Shown: positions 61,373-64,000 of the stretch, in pieces
Layout of the letters: each line of letters starts with the position of its first letter
Position numbering within the stretch: the stretch's first letter is position 1
Source of the DNA: Methyloceanibacter sp.
GTDB lineage: Bacteria; Pseudomonadota; Alphaproteobacteria; Rhizobiales; Methyloligellaceae
DNA length: 64,000 bases
Assembly: GCA_036257375.1 (NCBI GenBank)
Contig: DATAFR010000160.1
Location: 22,063 to 86,062, forward strand
Direction of reading: 5' to 3'
Notes under the pieces: generated by a model
The model's database searches: none
Told to the model about the DNA's origin: nothing
Seen by the model: only the letters and a program-made list of their open reading frames with translations
Program-made: the position numbers and the translations under genes

Positions 61373-64000
61373 CTACTCCGCGGCGATCTTGCGGGCATCG
61401 AACTGGCGCACGGCCTCGGCATCGCGCGGACTGAGCTCGGGGAACTCGGAGTCCGAGCCGACCTCGGGCAGAATCTTCCACGAACGCGCACATTTTCTGC
61501 CTTGCGCGCGCTCGAACACGACGGCGACGCCCTTCACGTCATCGAGGCGGAAGGCGTTCTCGGGTCCCTCCCCGAGCATCAATCGTGCACCGCTGGTGAT
61601 GGCGATCTCGGCGAGATCGACACCATGCAAGGCGGCGCGAAGCTCCTTGTCGGCCACATAGACCTTGGGCGCGGCTTCGAGGCTAGAGCCGATGCGCCCT
61701 TCCTTGCGCTCGATCTCCAGCGCGCCCGTCACCACGCGGCGGACGGCACGCACCTTGCGCCATTTCTCGGCGAGGGCGCCGTTGCGCCATTCCGTCGGAA
61801 TCTCGGGGAACTGCCTGAGATGCACCGAGCCCTGCTCGTTCGGGAAGCGGTTGAGCCAAGCCTCCTCCATGGTGAAGCAGAGCATCGGGGCAAGCCAGGC
61901 CGTGAGCGCTGAGAACAATTCGTCGAGGACGGTGAGAGCCGCGCGCCGCGTCACACTGTCGCAAGGGTCGCAGTAAAGCGCGTCCTTGCGGATGTCGAAA
62001 TAAAACGCCGAAAGATCGTTGACGGCAAAATTGAGCAGCGCATGGAAGGCGCGCTTGAAATCGTAGGCCCAATAGCCCTCGCGCACGACGTCGCCAATCT
62101 CGGCGAGGCGTGAGAGCATATAGCGCTCGAGCTCCGGCATCTCGGCATAGGGCACGGCCAGGTTCTCTTGGTAATGTGCGAGATTGCCGAGCAGGTAACG
62201 CAGCGTGTTCCTGAGCTTGCGATAGGACTCGATATTGGCCTTGATGATCTCCGGGCCGATGCGCAAATCCTCGGCGTAGTCGGAGCTCATGGCCCAGAGC
62301 CGCAAGATCTCGGCACCAGACTGGCGGATCACGTCCTGCGGCGCCACGACATTGCCGAGCGACTTCGACATCTTGCGCCCATCCTCATCGACAACGAAGC
62401 CGTGCGTTACCACCGCCTCGTAGGGCGCGCTGCCGCGCGTGCCGCAAGATTCGAGCAGTGAGGATTGAAACCAGCCGCGATGCTGGTCGGAACCTTCGAG
62501 ATAAAGGTCGGCGGGCCATTTCAGATCCGGCCGCTGCTCCAGAACGAAGGCATGCGTCGAGCCCGAGTCGAACCAGACGTCGAGAATGTCGTTGACCTGT
62601 TCCCAATCGCTTGGCTTGTCGACCAAGCCTTGCAGGAACCGCTCCTTCGCACCTTGCTTGAACCAAGCGTCGGCGCCCTCCGTCTCGAAGGCGTTGACGA
62701 TCCGGTCGATCAATTCGAAGGAGCGTGCGAAGCCCGCGCGCGGAATCACCTCGCTCGTCTCCTTGTTGACGAATACGGTAATCGGCACACCCCAGGCACG
62801 CTGGCGCGACACGACCCAATCGGGCCGCGTCTCGATCATGCCGGTGATGCGGTTCTCGCCTTGCGGCGGGACCCAGCCCGTGTCGGAGATCGCCTTCAGC
62901 GCACGCTTGCGCAGCGTGGTCCGCTCCTCGCCGATCGCTTTGTCCATGGCGATGAACCATTGCGGGGTGGCGCGGAAGATCACGGGCTTTTTCGAGCGCC
63001 AGGAGTGCGGGTAATCGTGCTTGTGGCGCGCCCGCGCGATCAGAGCGCCGGCATCGGTCAGGCCCGCGATCACGGCGAAATTGGCATCGCCGAACTTGCC
63101 CTTGTCGTCGATGACGCGCTTTCCTTCGAAGCCGGGAGCCTCCTTGGTGAAAAATCCGGCCTCATCGACGGTGAACGGGATCTGCGTATCGATGCCGCGC
63201 GCTTCGAGTGCGGCGCGGTTGGCCTCCCAGATTTCGTAGTCCTCGGTGCCGTGGCCCGGCGCGGTGTGGACGAAGCCCGTACCGGTATCCTCGGTGACAT
63301 GCTCGCCCGCGAGCAGCGGAACGTCGAAATCGTAATCCCGCCCGCGCAAAGGATGGGCCAGGGTCAGAGTTTCGAGTGCAGATGCAGGCATATGACCGAA
63401 GCGGCGCCAGTCCGTCACGCGCGCGGCCTTGAACACGTCCTCGGCGAGCTTGTCGGCGATGATCAGCCGGTCGCCCGTCTTGGCCCAGTTATCTTCGGGG
63501 GCCTGCGTCACCTCGTAGACGCCGTAGTCGATATCCTTGGAGAAGGAGACGGCACGATTGCCCGGAATGGTCCAAGGCGTCGTCGTCCAGATGACAATCG
63601 CGGCTTTCTCGATCTCGTGCGGGATCAGGAACTCGTCATCGTCAGGTCCGATATCGATTTGCTCTCCCGTATAGCTCGCAACTGGAAACTTTACGTAGAT
63701 CGCCGGGCTTTCGACCTCCTCATATTCCACTTCGGCCTCGGCGAGAGCGGTGCGCTCCACCACCGACCACATCACGGGCTTGGACCCGCGATAGAGCAGC
63801 CCATTCATGGCGAACTTCAACAGCTCCGCGGCAATGGTCGCCTCGGCGTCGAAACTCATCGTCGTGTAAGGGTTATCCCAGTCGCCGACGCCACCGAGCC
63901 GCTTGAATTCCTCGCGTTGCACATTGAGCCAATGCTCGGCATAGGCGCGGCATTCGGCGCGGAAGGCGATCATCGCGGCAGAGTCGGACAGATCGGGCTT
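61373..64000 (-). CDS. ileS: Isoleucine--tRNA ligase (5' part outside the window)
   Basis: [49 protein letters not shown]. The frame is open to the right edge. Confidence 0.97.
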   Translation of the reverse strand, partial: KPDLSDSAAMIAFRAECRAYAEHWLNVQREEFKRLGGVGDWDNPYTTMSFDAEATIAAELLKFAMNGLLYRGSKPVMWSVVERTALAEAEVEYEEVESPAIYVKFPVASYTGEQIDIGPDDDEFLIPHEIEKAAIVIWTTTPWTIPGNRAVSFSKDIDYGVYEVTQAPEDNWAKTGDRLIIADKLAEDVFKAARVTDWRRFGHMPASALETLTLAHPLRGRDYDFDVPLLAGEHVTEDTGTGFVHTAPGHGTEDYEIWEANRAALEARGIDTQIPFTVDEAGFFTKEAPGFEGKRVIDDKGKFGDANFAVIAGLTDAGALIARARHKHDYPHSWRSKKPVIFRATPQWFIAMDKAIGEERTTLRKRALKAISDTGWVPPQGENRITGMIETRPDWVVSRQRAWGVPITVFVNKETSEVIPRAGFARSFELIDRIVNAFETEGADAWFKQGAKERFLQGLVDKPSDWEQVNDILDVWFDSGSTHAFVLEQRPDLKWPADLYLEGSDQHRGWFQSSLLESCGTRGSAPYEAVVTHGFVVDEDGRKMSKSLGNVVAPQDVIRQSGAEILRLWAMSSDYAEDLRIGPEIIKANIESYRKLRNTLRYLLGNLAHYQENLAVPYAEMPELERYMLSRLAEIGDVVREGYWAYDFKRAFHALLNFAVNDLSAFYFDIRKDALYCDPCDSVTRRAALTVLDELFSALTAWLAPMLCFTMEEAWLNRFPNEQGSVHLRQFPEIPTEWRNGALAEKWRKVRAVRRVVTGALEIERKEGRIGSSLEAAPKVYVADKELRAALHGVDLAEIAITSGARLMLGEGPENAFRLDDVKGVAVVFERAQGRKCARSWKILPEVGSDSEFPELSPRDAEAVRQFDARKIAAE

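Overview
High-GC alphaproteobacterial chromosome segment. The gene order resembles Hyphomicrobiales (inference, no database search). It is mostly housekeeping: mutY (runs off left edge), DUF721, two dsbA, smc, the F0 atp operon, ispH-thrB-rnhA, a redox/YqgE/EAL block, rimJ-like, M16 peptidase, thrC, the aa3 cytochrome oxidase cluster, ialB, gshA-rsmE/ubiA, a lipid A cluster (msbA, DUF374-waaA fusion, lpxK), xseA/purD, tadA-like, pseudouridine synthase, rsmD, mutL, pgi, an M16 pair, lspA and ileS (runs off right edge). Three accessory patches interrupt this. The most interesting (10.9-13.3 kb, minus strand) is a two-gene RiPP-like system. It has a cobalamin-dependent radical SAM enzyme with a C-terminal RRE/PqqD-like domain. 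Directly upstream is a small repetitive precursor carrying three DNQNQNQG cores whose DNA differs only at synonymous positions, each preceded by a leader-like motif. The enzyme has a 1-nt frameshift (about 11798) and the precursor frame has an in-frame TAA, whereas the surrounding housekeeping genes are intact. The second patch (33.1-36.3 kb) holds an orphan Mur ligase, an AraC regulator and an autotransporter remnant. The third (49.1-51.6 kb) holds a small secreted ORF, a stand-alone CtpA and a Tyr/Pro/Gly-rich protein. Two candidate unannotated minus-strand structured RNAs lie near 19.0 kb and 39.6 kb. I saw no rRNA, tRNA, IS element or CRISPR array.
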